From Eledone cirrhosa (taxonomy: Eukaryota): DNA of 64,000 nucleotides. Under the pieces are notes generated by a model. That model saw nothing but the letters and a program-made list of their open reading frames with translations. It searched no databases and was not told the origin of the DNA. Made by a program: the position numbers and the translations under genes. Where the stretch lies: positions 188,542,001 through 188,606,000 of the forward strand of contig OZ024740.1 in assembly GCA_964016885.1 (NCBI GenBank), read 5' to 3'. Below are positions 39,865 to 54,614 of the stretch, one piece after another. Numbering within the stretch: position 1 is the stretch's first letter; each line of letters starts with the position of its first letter.

Positions 39865-40560
39865 TTGCATGGTAAAATGGACTTAACCAGTGATGATGAT
39901 GAAATCATTCAACGTCCATTTTCCCTGTTATTAAGGATTGGATGGGTCATCACAAAACAGGTTAGTGCTTAGTTGAAGAATTTAACCTCTCAGATAGACT
40001 GAGGGCCATATCTCACACTCTTCAGAGTGTACTGAGTGTATTTCTTCATGTCACCACTATGAAGGAGGTTATCATATTTTTGATATAACCGAAGAGTCTT
40101 TAAACTTTTGCTTGGTAATTGTTAACAGCTAGATGCCTGTCAACCACTTCACAGAGAACACTGGTTGCATTTTAATGCAATACCAACACTTGAGGGTTTG
40201 TCCCTCCTTATACACAACTGAAGCATTCTCTCAACCATTATTTGGCATGGTTTCTACACCAGGATTCTCCTCCTCTCAACAACCTCTCCATAGTGTGTAC
40301 AGGATGCAGTTTTCATGGCACTAGCCCCAGGAAGGCTGTTGTGCTTTGACACCTATTTTTGTCATGGTGCGTATGGCTGGACGCCACTGTTGACACTCTT
40401 TACAGAGAGCATAGAGCGCTTTTTTCATGGCATCAGGTCTAAGGAGATTTTCATCATTGATTCAAATGAAGAACACTATCTACATTGTGAGGGTATGTGT
40501 GGGATGATTTATCACAAGAGAGTTATGTCTACATGGGTATAGAATGGGAGGAGTTAAGAA
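39865..40560. mobile_element. Old RTE 3'-UTR-derived fragments
   Basis: ccttgcatggtaaaatggac..(GAT)n facing tcaacgtccattttcc; repeated gct(g/a)gatgcc..caaccact and ttttcatggca motifs. Confidence 0.5.
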
Positions 40561-41132
40561 TTAAAACATGATGGCTTGGGTTTAAGAGGTGATGAATGGA
40601 AGAAAAGAGATGAGAAAGTATATCATGGGTATATGAAATATTTTTGGTAAACTACACAGGGTAATGTGAAAGCTGAGTAGGAGAGGATAGGGGGAATAAT
40701 GCCTATACAATATAGGCATGTGTGTATATAGTAGAGGTGACAATGTATAGTTGAACAAAGAGAGATTACTATATAATAGATTAAAAGAAATATTTCAATT
40801 ATGAAGACATTGCCTAAAAAACATTTCTTTTAGTTTCATATCTTCATCATGTGTTATTATGTATCAATACCAATAACGATATTATGAGATAGCCTTAATG
40901 AATAATTCATCTTTATAGATTTTAACTAACAAGAAAAATGTTTATGGTTGTATATATATATATATAAATATATATATATATTTATTTATTCATAAATAAA
41001 TATTTGTGCGCGTGTATGTATATATACATATCTGTATATATACATGTGTATATATATATGTATATATGTATGTGTATATATCTACATATGTGTATATGTA
41101 GATTTTTATGTATATATATATATATATATATA

Positions 41133-41323
41133 TAACGAAGGAGTTGTGGTAAGGAACCAGATGGACCATAACGCACAAGAGTACTCAATACTTAGGGTAG
41201 TAGAGTGGGTAATTGGAAAAAGTATGACTCCGACGGCAGAGCCCAAGCCGTTTCAACGGCTATTTCTGGACTGAAATAGCCATCGAAACGGCTTGAGCTC
41301 TGCCGTCAGGGTCATACTTGTTC

Positions 41324-41325
<2 letters not shown>
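41133..41325. repeat. Dispersed hairpin repeat (copy of 26381)
   Basis: ~48-bp arms aagtatgactccgacggcagagcccaagccgtttcaacggctatttc / gaaatagccatcgaaacggcttgagctctgccgtcagggtcatactt. Confidence 0.8.
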
Positions 41326-41364
<39 letters not shown>

Positions 41365-41367
<3 letters not shown>

Positions 41368-41684
41368 TCATCATCATCATTTAACGTCTATCTTCCACAC
41401 TTGAAAATCTGCAAGGTGAAACATGTGTCCTCGAATATGGTTTGCTAAGTGTGTATATGCTTCACCTTCGGCTTATACCCGTGAAGAGGCGGGTCTTCTG
41501 TATTACTGCATGATGTCAGATGTCACGGTCTTGTGTCATCGTCTTTGAGAGGTGCAATTAGGCAAGGTCAGCTGTTATCATCTCATCTCAAGTCTTCTTG
41601 GGTCCCCCTACTCGAAGGCTTCCATCGACTGTTAGTGCTCTGCACCTTTTTATGCAGCTGTCATCTTTCATATGCATCACATGT

Positions 41685-41687
<3 letters not shown>
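41365..41687 (-). mobile_element. RTE LINE 3' fragment (C-related, different short UTR)
   Basis: [18 protein letters not shown]...MTQDRDI; agacgttaaa(TGA)n tail. Confidence 0.85.
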
Positions 41688-41724
<37 letters not shown>

Positions 41725-41854
41725 TATATATATATATAGGAATAAGATACTAAATTTATTGTAGGGGAAAGAGAATGAGTGACTCTTATTAATTATAAGG
41801 TGTTTGAATTCAACCAAGAATAATAACCAATTCCTGGTCTCGAGGGTCGGACGC

Positions 41855-42009
41855 CATACTTTGACGCACAGAGTTATGGCCCTTGTCATTCTGAGTTCAA
41901 ATCCTGCCGAGGTTAACTTTGCCTTTCATCTTTACGGGGTCGATAAAATAAAGTACCAGTAATGCACTGGGTAATTGCTGGCCTTGTGCCAAAAGTAGAA
42001 ACAATTATT
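41855..42009 (+). mobile_element. Second tRNA-SINE family
   Basis: ctgagttcaaatcctgccgaggttaactttgcctttcatc..ggggtcgataaaataaagtaccag; near-identical to 58460-58580; older copies 52130-52320(+) and ~48550-48690(-). Confidence 0.85.
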
Positions 42010-42739
42010 TCAGAAACTTACATCTCCAAAGTTAGTTTCAACTTAGTGTCATTATCTACAGAAAATACAAAGTTAAGAATCTGATAGTAGTTTTATTACT
42101 GGTGAATAATCAGTTTTCATTGTCATAGACAGCTCACTAGAAAACTCAATATATTTGGTAAAATAGTTATTTTCTTGGCTTGAGACATTATGTCATTTAA
42201 TTAATAGATACTAAGTATCAAGCTAATGATAAAGAAAAGATAAGTGATATCTCCAATCATAGAAGCTAATAATTTAATCCATTAATTGTATAATCAACGA
42301 CTTGTTAATGGCCATCATAATTAATCAATACCTCCAAGGATGACATATCTCCCTAAAAATGAATTGCACTGAGATGGTTTTATTTAATATTTAGTTTTCT
42401 CAACAAAGATAGATGGAAGGATTTACATTTGTCTCACCCACAATAATTTGTTATCACTCCTGCTGACACTATATGATGCTAGGTTAGCATATGTCTAACA
42501 ATTGATTGATTAAAATTACTCTTTTCCAACAATGAATCACTTTCAAAAGCCATTACAATTTACAGGAGGTTGAAATTTTTAGCTTACAATGTTATCTGGT
42601 CACTTTTATTTAGAATCAGTCAAACCAAGGATAACTGACAGCTAATGGATTGGTGTCAGGAGTCAGAAAGATTATATGATGTCTTTGTGTTAACTGCCTT
42701 TAGAAATTGATATTAAGTGTATCTTCTCTTTTTTATTCA

Positions 42740-42930
42740 ACCTTCAACACTATCACAATCTTTGGCACCAACACCACCACCACCATCATCATCACTATCA
42801 TATCATTGCAATACAATTCACATCACACTTTCCCTGCCACAATTGTTGTCAACTCTACCACTACCACCACTGCCATTACCATCATCAATGCCAGCATGAC
42901 TCACACAGCTACTGTTTGCATCACCATAAT
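42740..42930. repeat. Degenerate (ACC/ATC)n trinucleotide tract
   Basis: Low complexity; source of Thr/Ile- and Pro/Ser-rich spurious ORFs. Confidence 0.75.
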
Positions 42931-44762
42931 TTCTATTTTTTGAAGGTTTATTCTTCTAGGATTTAGACAAAGTATGTCTAAGAAAAATTTGGTACTGTGC
43001 CAAAATGCGTCAAAGTATTCAAGTATGATTGGGCAGTTCAGAAACTGTAAGGGGTGCAGTAAGACTGTGTCTACTAGAGCATGTACAAATGGAACAGTAG
43101 TTTCACAGCTGAATGCTTTACAGAGTAGGTGAGGAAAATCAATGGGATGATATGGGAGAACGTTGAAATGCTAAAAGCTATTGATCTATCTACTGATATT
43201 ATTTATACAATAAATGTTTATGAACTCTTACACTAAGAAGTTATGTATATCTGTGTAAGTCTAAGCATGTATGTGCATGCATAATTATGTGTGTGTATAT
43301 CGATGAAACATAACATATACAACAAACAAATTTATATGTATACTATGAATTTATGCATGTGTGTGTATATATATAATAATATATATATATACACATATAT
43401 GTATATATATATATGTGTATATATATATATAATGTGTATATATATATATATAATGTGTATATATATATATATAATGTGTATATAAATATATATATAATGT
43501 GTATATATATATATAATATATATATATATATATAATATATATATATACACACACAGAAAAGGGGAGTTAAGAGACATGTTAATAGAGTAGCTAGGGTGTT
43601 GAACTGACAAACGAAAAGTCATGACTTTAAACATTAGAACAAGCATCACATTTTAACCTTAGGCAACTGCATTAATCCACTTTCTTCAGTTAACCTAATT
43701 GAAAATAAGTACCATACTTTCTGGTTAGCTATGAAGTGTGTATGTGTAAGTGGGAATACCTCCACCCATCCACATATATATGTATATATATATATATATT
43801 TGAGAGAGAGAGAGAGAGAGAGATAAGAGAAAAGAATGTACCAGAACAAATAAATGTAAAATATTGTTATTTCACCAAAGTAGTTTCAAAACTAACATCA
43901 GAGTAACATATTTTGTGAGTTATGTAAATATTTTCTTCCCTTGAAATATTTTAGATTCATTGAATAGTAATCATTGAAAAATATTATTTGTTCTTTCAAG
44001 TATACTATTTATTAGTATATTTATTTATTTATTCACTTATTTATCAAATCTGAGACGCTAAAATAAAGGAAACCACATGAAAAACTTTTTAAAAAATAAA
44101 AACAATAGTTATCAAAAGATTAAAGATATTGAGAACATAGAAAAAATAACAAAGAATAACTTTCGACATGAATTGTCGATCCATTGCAGTGAATTGTAAA
44201 TATATTGTAGCACTTCAAAATAGCTTCTTTGTATTTTCAATTTTTATTTCCTTTTCCCTTTTCTCACATAAAAAAACAAAACTTTCCTATATATTTTTTT
44301 ACTCTCTTTGTCCCTCCCTTTCATGCTCCATCTCAATTTTCTATCATTATTATAATTTATTTTTGCTTTCTCTTTTTATTAGTTTTTCCTTCCCTCTCTT
44401 GTTTTCACTATATTAGGTTTTTCCTCTGACTGATTTTCCAACACTTTCTCACTTCTCGTATTTCTCTCTATTTCTTTATATATATACATATCCATTAACT
44501 TTTCTGATTAAAACATTGTCTCTAATCAGAAGAATGAATTTCAATTTGCGTCAGATTATATTGATTTTCTCTACAGCAAGCTATAATTTAATCTGAACAT
44601 ATTAAAGATTCTCCCATTAAATTTCTGTTATAAGTATGCATTTAGATTGTGCTTGACTATTGGAACATACACTTATTACATATATTGAGAATTGGTCAAA
44701 CTTCCTGAATCTGAATTTCTGATTTTGAAAGATTTGCTCTAAGCATAATAGTATGTTATTTG

Positions 44763-44794
<32 letters not shown>

Positions 44795-45334
44795 GCATAT
44801 ACACACAGGCATACACCCTCATACATATATATACACACACATGCATACATAAGCATACTTTAGAAGTGGAAACTAAATCATACTTCATCTAAATATAACT
44901 GGTGAAGTTTTCTATCTCACTCTTGTTTCTAAGTGCTATTATTTGATATTATATTTATATTGTAGCATCATTAAGTGTATCAACACTTTCTCTCGAAATT
45001 ATATCTTCAATTAAACTAATTTATAAACACATATGTGTGGTTTAATTGTAAAACTGGGGATTAGGATTTAGATGTTGAATCATTGACATAGTATTACAAC
45101 AGTTGTCAAACATCCATCATCATTCATAACGAAACAAATAATTTGAACACAAAAACAAACAAAATATGAAATCCCTGTTTTTTAAAACATAGTCTATTGA
45201 AATATTGATGAGATATTTTACATAATTTCATTTCTGAACAAAAAACTTTCTAAGAGTTTCTTGGCTTTCTACTGTCAGTATTACTACTTTCATTCTTACT
45301 TATATACATCATATACATTTTATATGATAACGGA

Positions 45335-45700
45335 AAATGGCTTAGTAGTATTGGGCTTGCAATCATGAGGTTGTGAATTTGATTCTCAGACCGCCTGATG
45401 TGTTGTGTCTTTCAACAATACACTTTGTTTCACATTGTTCCAGTTTACTCAGCTGTAGAAATGAGTTGCAACATCACTGGTTGTGTCAGCATTTGCCTTT
45501 TCCTTGGACATCTGTGACATGGAGAAGGGAGACCAGAATGCATGGGCAACTGCTGGTCTTCCACACACAACCTTGCTCAGGACTTATGGTTGGAGAGGAA
45601 CTTTCTAATTGCAAATCCCATAAGTATTCATGACTGAAGGGGGTATCTACATCTATTTGCCATAGCATCTCAAAATAATGTCAGTATGTGAAAGAAACCT
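45335..45700 (+). mobile_element. tRNA-derived SINE
   Basis: tggcttagtagta..gtgaatttgattctcagacc head; cactttgtttcacattgttccagtttactcagctgtagaaatgag body shared with 8290-8632; different 3' part. Confidence 0.75.
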
Positions 45701-47149
45701 AGCTAAGATAGTCTAACAAATATTTGGTTTTTAAAAAGAAAAACATTTTCTCCAATATAATAAATGGCAATTTCTAGAGTTTTCCGTAATTTCTAGTTTG
45801 AGTTACAGTTTCTGTTAGAGAAAAAATTCAGAAAGGAAATACTGATATTGCCATTTTGGTTTATTTATTGAAGTTTATGTCAATGTCATAGGAATTTTGT
45901 GCTTTTCCCCTCTCTGTCTTCTTGTAGGGAAATTAAAATATTGGCAATACCTATCAATATTTAAGCCATAACTTATTACAATGCTGCAAGAACTCTTGAA
46001 ATTTGACCATTCATCATTTGTTCTTCTGAATTACAAACTGTTTATATTTTCTTTTGGTACTATTCAGTGCATCTGTCACTCCCTGAAAGATATTTGATAG
46101 TTATTAAATTGGTGATTTTATGAAGAGAAATGTTTCATACGTTGTGCTAAATCTTAATGAAAAATCATGACAGGTGCAAGAATTTGATGAAAATTATAAT
46201 TCATGGAAAATAATGGAGGTTTTTAAACATAAGTTTCAGTCTCAAGTGTGAACATTTCTGTATATTGTGTTAAATGTAATTTTTTTAACATTGGTTTATA
46301 GATATTATCAGTTTAATCATATGTATAATGATTATTCTTTACATTAACAGGACTAACTTAATCCTGATTCTCCAGAATTATGTTTGTTCAAGTAAATGTG
46401 AAATAATGTAATATTTTTGAGAGCTACAATTATTATAAGATTACTGTACTTTATAGGATACTGTTCAATTTCTTTAAATTCCAACTGATTTTCTAATTGG
46501 CACAAAGGAAACATAAGGACATATAGGGCATTGGTTTTAGTAAAGTGAAAATAAAATGATTACATTACTACATATGATCCCTTGAAATAGCACCTAATGC
46601 TTTCTTTAATTCTATCGAATGTTCTCAAGACTTTGCTAAATTGAAAATTGCCACCTAAAAATATGTATCTTAACTATAATAAAGGAAGGTCTGTGGGATT
46701 GCATCCAGAATATATTTTTTTACCCCGTTTGTAAAATAAGTTGGATTACTTTGAATAAATAATGAATGAATATTACATAATTTATGTGCTAAATTTCGTG
46801 GCTATTGATTAAATATATTTTATAGCTTAATCTTTAAAATTATCAAATGTCAACACTTCCGGTTAGCGGCCATTATATTATAACACTTATAATCGCATAT
46901 ATTTCCATCGCTAATTTTCTCCTAATGCAGTTTATATATAATGTCGTCTTTTTTTAAATATATCATGGATTACTGATGACAGAAGACAGTGTAACATAGG
47001 CTTTGTTCAATTTCTGTGTATATTGTCAATTACGATTTTATTTGATGTATCATATTTACATGCATATATATTTGTGTATAATATCAATATACACACTACA
47101 CATGCTAGCAGAAAACCACCTGTAGGGTGGTTTTTCTGCTAGTAATTGA

Positions 47150-48231
<1,082 letters not shown>

Positions 48232-50651
48232 CGTTTCATATGTCCCTTTCTATGCTGGTATAGTTTTGGTGGCTCTCACAGTGTCTCAGCAGTGTCTGTT
48301 TGTATTTAATGTGCCAGCAGTACCAGAAAGTTTGCTTAAGTCAGGAATAAATTGTTCCTTTTACCCTGTATTGTTTAGTACATGTATGTATAATACACTA
48401 TTAATCACTCACATGCATGTCCATTACAGCTGTTATGTGAAATTGCATATGAATCCGACATATGTACCAAGGTTTTGCTAAGGGTTTTAGGTGGCTATGG
48501 AATTATGAGCAAATATTGACACCCTCTTGAGAGCATCCAAGCTCTGATAGCTTGAGGGAGAAACAGTTGGGCTGGTACTTTCTTTATCAACTCCAAAGGA
48601 GTAAAAATCAAAGTGAATATTGTCTGAATTTGAATTCAGAATGCTGCAAGCAAAAAATTATCCAATGCTATAACGAATCTGTAAAATCAGTTTAATGCAT
48701 GTACTCACAGTATAAAACTGACTTCTTTCTAAAATGTTTTCATAACTAATTTATGTTCAGCTTCAAATTTTTAGTATTACAATGTAAATTATTGTAGTGA
48801 TGTGAATTCAACTCCAAAATAGCTTGTTAGATTATATCTCTAACTTACTGTCCTCTATGACACCTTTATAGGATTAAAGAATTGGTTTTGCTCTTACATT
48901 GAATTTGTAGGGAAAAAAGAACCAAATTAAAAATGAAGAAAAATGTTTCAGTTGCACATTCTCTAAATAGAATTTTCTGTTGATAGCATTTGAATTTTTA
49001 TATGTGATAAAGTTTAAGTAAATGTTTACCTCCATTTCATATATACTGTTGTATAGGCTATGATATAAAATATTCAGAACACATTTCTAACATTTTTATT
49101 TTCTCTTCCAATAACGTCTCTCACATGTGACCATCTCAGTAGATGAGAAAAGAAAGAAGGAAAAAAAGGAAAATATGATTTTCTTTGGCTATATAAATTG
49201 CACTGTCTGAATTAATCAATTTGTTAATATTCCAGGGAGTTTTAGCTGCTACGTTTACTTGGGAAATAGAATTTTAGTATTTAATATTTCAGGCTTACTT
49301 ACAAATTAAATTCGCAGGTGGTTATGTGTCCATGAATAGAATCTGATGCTTCCATAATGTTACTGAAATAGGGAAATTGTTGATGTTGAAGGAAAAGAAT
49401 GCAAATATCACAAGATGGTACTTATTGCATTGGTATTTGATACATGGATGTGCACTACCAACCACCATTACCACAACCACACCAACCCACACATAAATGT
49501 ATACTTGGTTTGGGTAGGATTGAATTTGCATATCACATTAAAGTATATTTATGTAAGACAACATAAAAAATTCCATAGTTAAAATGATGTATCAAACTAG
49601 ATTGTTTTGGAATTTTGAATGAGTAATATTTCAGATAATGTGATCAAAATTTAGTTGTTGAAAATAGTACATGTTTCTTTTATTAAGAAATATATTACTA
49701 TCTATGTTGCAAAAATAATGTAGAATGATTAGATAATTAGACATTTGTCTCTACTCATAAACTGAATTAAAATAAAGAAATATTAGACTTGGTTTTCATT
49801 TATAATAGAATTCAACAAACTTGAACTAATGACTAATTATACTAGAAATGCAAAAATATGTTTCACATGAACTAAACGATATATTTGGATATTTTAATTC
49901 TATTTGATTATCTTAATTATTATAATAATTGTTGAAAAGGAAATACGAATTAAATCTAAATAAAATATATACAACTAAAACTGATTAAAATGATAATCAT
50001 GGTTTGGAATCAGAAATAATTGCAGGCTGGAAGTAATTTTGTTGAAGTGTTATAATGTTTGTGTAGTTATTAGTTTCATAATATATATAGGACTACAAAC
50101 ATTTTAAGTTCCTTTTCACTGTTTGCATGTTAATTGAACATATCCTTTTTATTAAAATACATGATTTGTGTAACTGAATACTCTTAGTTCAAACCATTAT
50201 ATCATGAATTAGAAATAGTGCTTATTTTCCTTCTGAAAAAGAAGTTTGTTTTTATTTAACATTAATTTCATATGGAAATTATGTATAATTAAGCTTATAA
50301 CTAACACCCCTTTATATCTAGACTCTATTACATTTGTAAAAATGTAAATAAAAGTAATTTATTATGAGGAATTTATATGAGGAATTTTGTTTAAAATGCA
50401 GAAACCTATATTCAGAATGAATTAAATTTATATAATTGGAAAGAGTTAAAGTGTATTTAACAAGTTGCATTTAATTAGAATAACTGAATGTTTCTCAGGT
50501 TTGCTCAATTAGGGCATGTTTGGACAAAATAACAACAATTGAATTTTTGCTTTCAGTCTTTCATGAGAATACTGCATCATTGCTAAGAATGTATTTAATC
50601 TTCCTTAAAGTCAGGAAACAACATTAGCATAAGAGATAACCTATTAATTTG

Positions 50652-50935
50652 AGGGAAGATGCATGGCCTAATGGTTAGGATACTTGATATAGTACCATAA
50701 TGTTGTTGGTTTGATTCCTGGAGAGGCTGCTACATTGTGTTCCTGAGCAAAACATTTTATTTCATGTTTTTCCAGTAAACTCAGCTGAGATGAATAGCAA
50801 CAGTACCTGGGGAGTTAAACATGTGATAGATTGGCATCCTATCCAGGGAGAGTCTTGTATTCTCAGTCGCTTAAGCCAAGGGAGCCTTGGATAAGCTCCT
50901 TCCTGATAAGACTTTGGCTTAGAACAGACTTTAAC
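50652..50935 (+). mobile_element. tRNA-SINE with alternative 3' domain
   Basis: tggcctaatggttagg / gtttgattcct head; tggcatcctatccagggagagtcttgtattctcagtcgctt..ggataagctcc..agacttt tail; second copy 59735-60000. Confidence 0.75.
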
Positions 50936-52776
50936 TAAATATTAATTCGAAAACATTATAGTGTTTACTATGAAATATGTTTATTGATAATGCTGTGCTA
51001 AACTGTGCTTAAGAAATGGTTATACTTGGAAATCTCTCAATAAATCATTCTGCACACGTGTCATCCAAACACATCCTAGACAACATGATAATCATACTGA
51101 GAAACATTTTTTTCACATACTAACAGAACCATTATGTACTATAAAACACACTGAAATTTGCTAGATTTTCTAACATTACGGTTTCTGCAATCTGATGGGG
51201 GGGGGGGGGGGGGGCTTACCCTACAATACCAAACTTATATAAACAACCAAGCTACAGTTTTAAAGACAACAAATACATGGATCTCGATCGAATCAGTTGC
51301 TGACCCACAATAAATTACTAATTGCATATATGTGATGTTGTTGTTACACACACACAAATTTTAAACCACAACCCCCAAAGAACAAAGTACTTGAAAAACA
51401 CCCACCTGCACTACAACAACTATCCCATGGAGACACTGTTTCTTCTCTCTCTGTTTCTCCCATTTTCTCAAAGTTTCAAACTGAAGATAAAGATAAAGAA
51501 CATCTATCTCATCAGTCTAGGAATGCCGATAGAAATTATGGGGGCTGCATTTCCAACTAATTAATAAAATAAAAATGGAATGATGGTGGATTAATCTACT
51601 GTCCAATCACAAGTGTCAAAATAATTCTTTCTAACATAATTACCAATTAAATGAAAATCTTATGTTCACCCTATGGAAGTTATAATATTCCTGTCATTAG
51701 ATAGTCATAATGTCCTTCATTAATTACAATGATTCATTGGCTCAAGGCTATAGTAGCATTATATAAATGTTATTTCTTCATTCACTATTTGTATACTGAT
51801 AGCAGAAAATATTTGCTCATGAGTGTTTGGTGTTGGCACCTGGCTTAGTGGTTAGAGAATTGGATTCACCATACTCAGGTTGTGAATTTGATTGCCAGAT
51901 TGGGCAATGTTTATTTCCTCCAGTAAATTATTTTATTTCACGTTGCTCATTCTGCCAGGAGTTGTGACAGGTAGATAGTTTCAGAAATGGAAAAACCAAT
52001 GAAAACATTACTTCCTTGGTGCAATTTTAGGAGTTCAATCACACTCTGTAAGTGAATAAGGTCTGGAATCTTGTCAATCGATTGTTATTAAGAATATTAC
52101 TTTAGAAGAAGTATGTTGCAATCTTAAGGGACAACATGGTTCACAGCAAAGAGCAGCAGCTTTTTACATTCTGAGTTCAAATCCCACTGAATTAAGCTTT
52201 GCCTTTCATCCTTATGAGGTCGATAATAGAAAATACCAGTAACACACACTGGAGTTGATTTAATCAACTTTCCCCTTTCCCCCAAATTTGTTGGCCATGT
52301 GCCTAAATCAGAAACCATTATTTTTTCATTCACTCTTTGTATTCTGATAGCTGAAAATATCTGCTAATAAATGTTTGGTGTTATTTATTTCCTTAGAAAA
52401 AGAATACAGCAATTTAACAAGGACATATCGTTAGCCTACATGAATATCTTAAGGGATGAATTTAGTCTACTTTGGTAATCATGATCACATTCTGTTACAT
52501 TAATTCCAGAAATTCATTAACTTGAGTTATTCATAGTAGATTGGCAATGGGAATAGGAACATCTGTTGCAAATTATTATTTCTTAGCAAATAATTGCTAC
52601 CAAATATTTTCAGCATGCAGAATTGGATAACTATTAAGTGCTCACATTTCAAGATTAGTGTAACTAATATAGAGTTGCTTTTATCATAATGGTGTTATTC
52701 ATATTTTCTATACTTTAATATTATTTTAAAGACAACCTGAAGATGTTCTACTATTCTAAGTAATATAATATATAAT

Positions 52777-52809
<33 letters not shown>

Positions 52810-53093
52810 TATGTATATATACTTATATTTTCATCTTAATTTATTTTTATTTTATCTTTTGATGCTTTATATTCATTAGTACTATCCTCATTAAAAAGGA
52901 AAACAGACTCTGTGATTTTGTTGTTTCAATAAATAACTGAAACTTTCAATCTTTACTCAGAGTTAAAACACTCTCTCCTCTCCCCTCTCTCTCTCTCTCT
53001 CTCTCTCGCTCTCTATATATGGTCGGTCGTCCTCTTGTTTATGATTTTCAGACCCATGGATTCTATCTGTTATATTCCTTTCTTATATTTCGA

Positions 53094-53151
53094 ATACCTG
53101 ATGATATCACCGGATTCATACGGAACCCGGTCATTGAAATGATCATAGTAT
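53094..53151 (+). ncRNA. Intact minimal hammerhead ribozyme motif
   Basis: atac-CTGATGA-t atcaccgg[attcatacggaac]ccggtcat t-GAAA-tgatca-TA-gtat, immediately followed by AATAAA (53152). Confidence 0.85.
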
Positions 53152-53267
53152 AATAAAACTTTCAAGGATTTACACAAGTCCAGCCTCCTGTTATTTTATT
53201 ATAATATATATATATATATATATATGTTAAAACAATGAAATAAAAATTCAAGTCATTAGAAATATAC

Positions 53268-53413
53268 TTCACTGCTTTACGATCGTTTCTAGGTGATAAT
53301 AGTACATCGTACGCATATTTCGTTATCGATCTATGTAGGGTTAGTAACAAAATATCAAATAAGGAATATATTTACCTACGTGTATATTATCGGCCGTTGT
53401 CAAAAGCAATGAA
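53268..53413 (-). ncRNA. Hammerhead motif, U3-A8 core, 107-nt stem II
   Basis: ttcattgctt-TTGACAA-[107 nt; gataata/tattatc, gtagg/cctac]-GAAA-cgatcg-TA-aagcagtgaa; 10-bp stem I. Confidence 0.72.
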
Positions 53414-53608
53414 AATTTTATTCAAAATCAAAAGTAAATTGAGTTCTATGACCTTATTTGGAGGTAGCTGAAGAACAAACCAATCAAATGGTTTTTTGCC
53501 ATATGATGTTAAGATGAAATATAACTCACTTTAGTTGAGGTCATGACCTTTTGTAAGGAATGGTTGAATGGTGTTAAAAATAGAATTACTATAAAGAACC
53601 TATGGAGA

Positions 53609-53648
53609 AAGGGGATTGTTATATTGATATCAATATAACAATCCCCTT
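53609..53648. repeat. Perfect 40-bp palindrome
   Basis: aaggggattgttatattgat|atcaatataacaatcccctt. Confidence 0.95.
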
Positions 53649-54573
53649 GGAATGTAGATGGTGGAGTGAAGTTTAAAAAGGAATGTAAAAATTAAATGTT
53701 GAGTTGGGTTGTATATAAATAAGTAAATATAAAATATACAGACATAACTAGGATAAATATAGATAGGTAAAGTAATGGTCATAACTAGGAAGGATAGTAT
53801 ATTAAAAGATGAAAATTATAATAAGATAATAAAATATAATAATACAATAATATAATTTAATGTAATATAGTACATTATGGTACATTATATATAGTATAAT
53901 ATAGCGTATGATGCATCATAAAATATAAAATAGTAAATATTTTTAAGTGGGTCTATTTATAAGTAATCAAACTCAGATAAATGCATGTTGACGCATCATT
54001 TTCTTAGATCACAAAAGTACATATATTCACATATATAGATAGAGGTATAATTACATTGATACTCCATTAGAAACATACATACGCATATATAGATATGAAG
54101 ATATACATATACATACATACACACACACAAACATATATATATATACACACTTATACATACATATATACATGTACATACACACATACATGTACATACACAC
54201 ATACAAACACACATACAAACACACATACACATATACACACATATATATATATATATATATATATTCTCTTATCATACATACATAGATACATGTATACCCA
54301 TGCAATTACAGGTGGTTATGTACCTTGATGCCCTTAGTCAGTAACGCATGAATCTATGGAAGCTAAAAAATTAAAAGGTTAAAAAATAAAAAAAATAAAA
54401 AATAAACAGGAAGGCGTATAATTAGGGGAAGGTGATACTAACAAATGGTACGTCACATAGAACTATAGTGAGTTGGTATTTAGAATGTTTAATTAGGTTT
54501 ATAGTCTTTCGTATACGGTGATTACAAGCTATAATCAGTTCCTGTCTTTTATTCAATATATCGTCCTTATTTC

Positions 54574-54611
<38 letters not shown>

Positions 54612-54614
<3 letters not shown>

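Larger units (their letters stand above)
53226..54580 (-). mobile_element. Penelope-like element: endonuclease C-terminus and long 3' region
   Basis: ~54580-54470(-) reads THRNKDDILNKRQELIIACNHRIRKT (PLE LNKR.E...C.H motif); hammerhead near the 3' end. Confidence 0.8.

Noticed and set aside
42707-42943. Thr/Pro-rich mucin-like ORFs
   Set aside because: Degenerate ACC/ATC trinucleotide repeat
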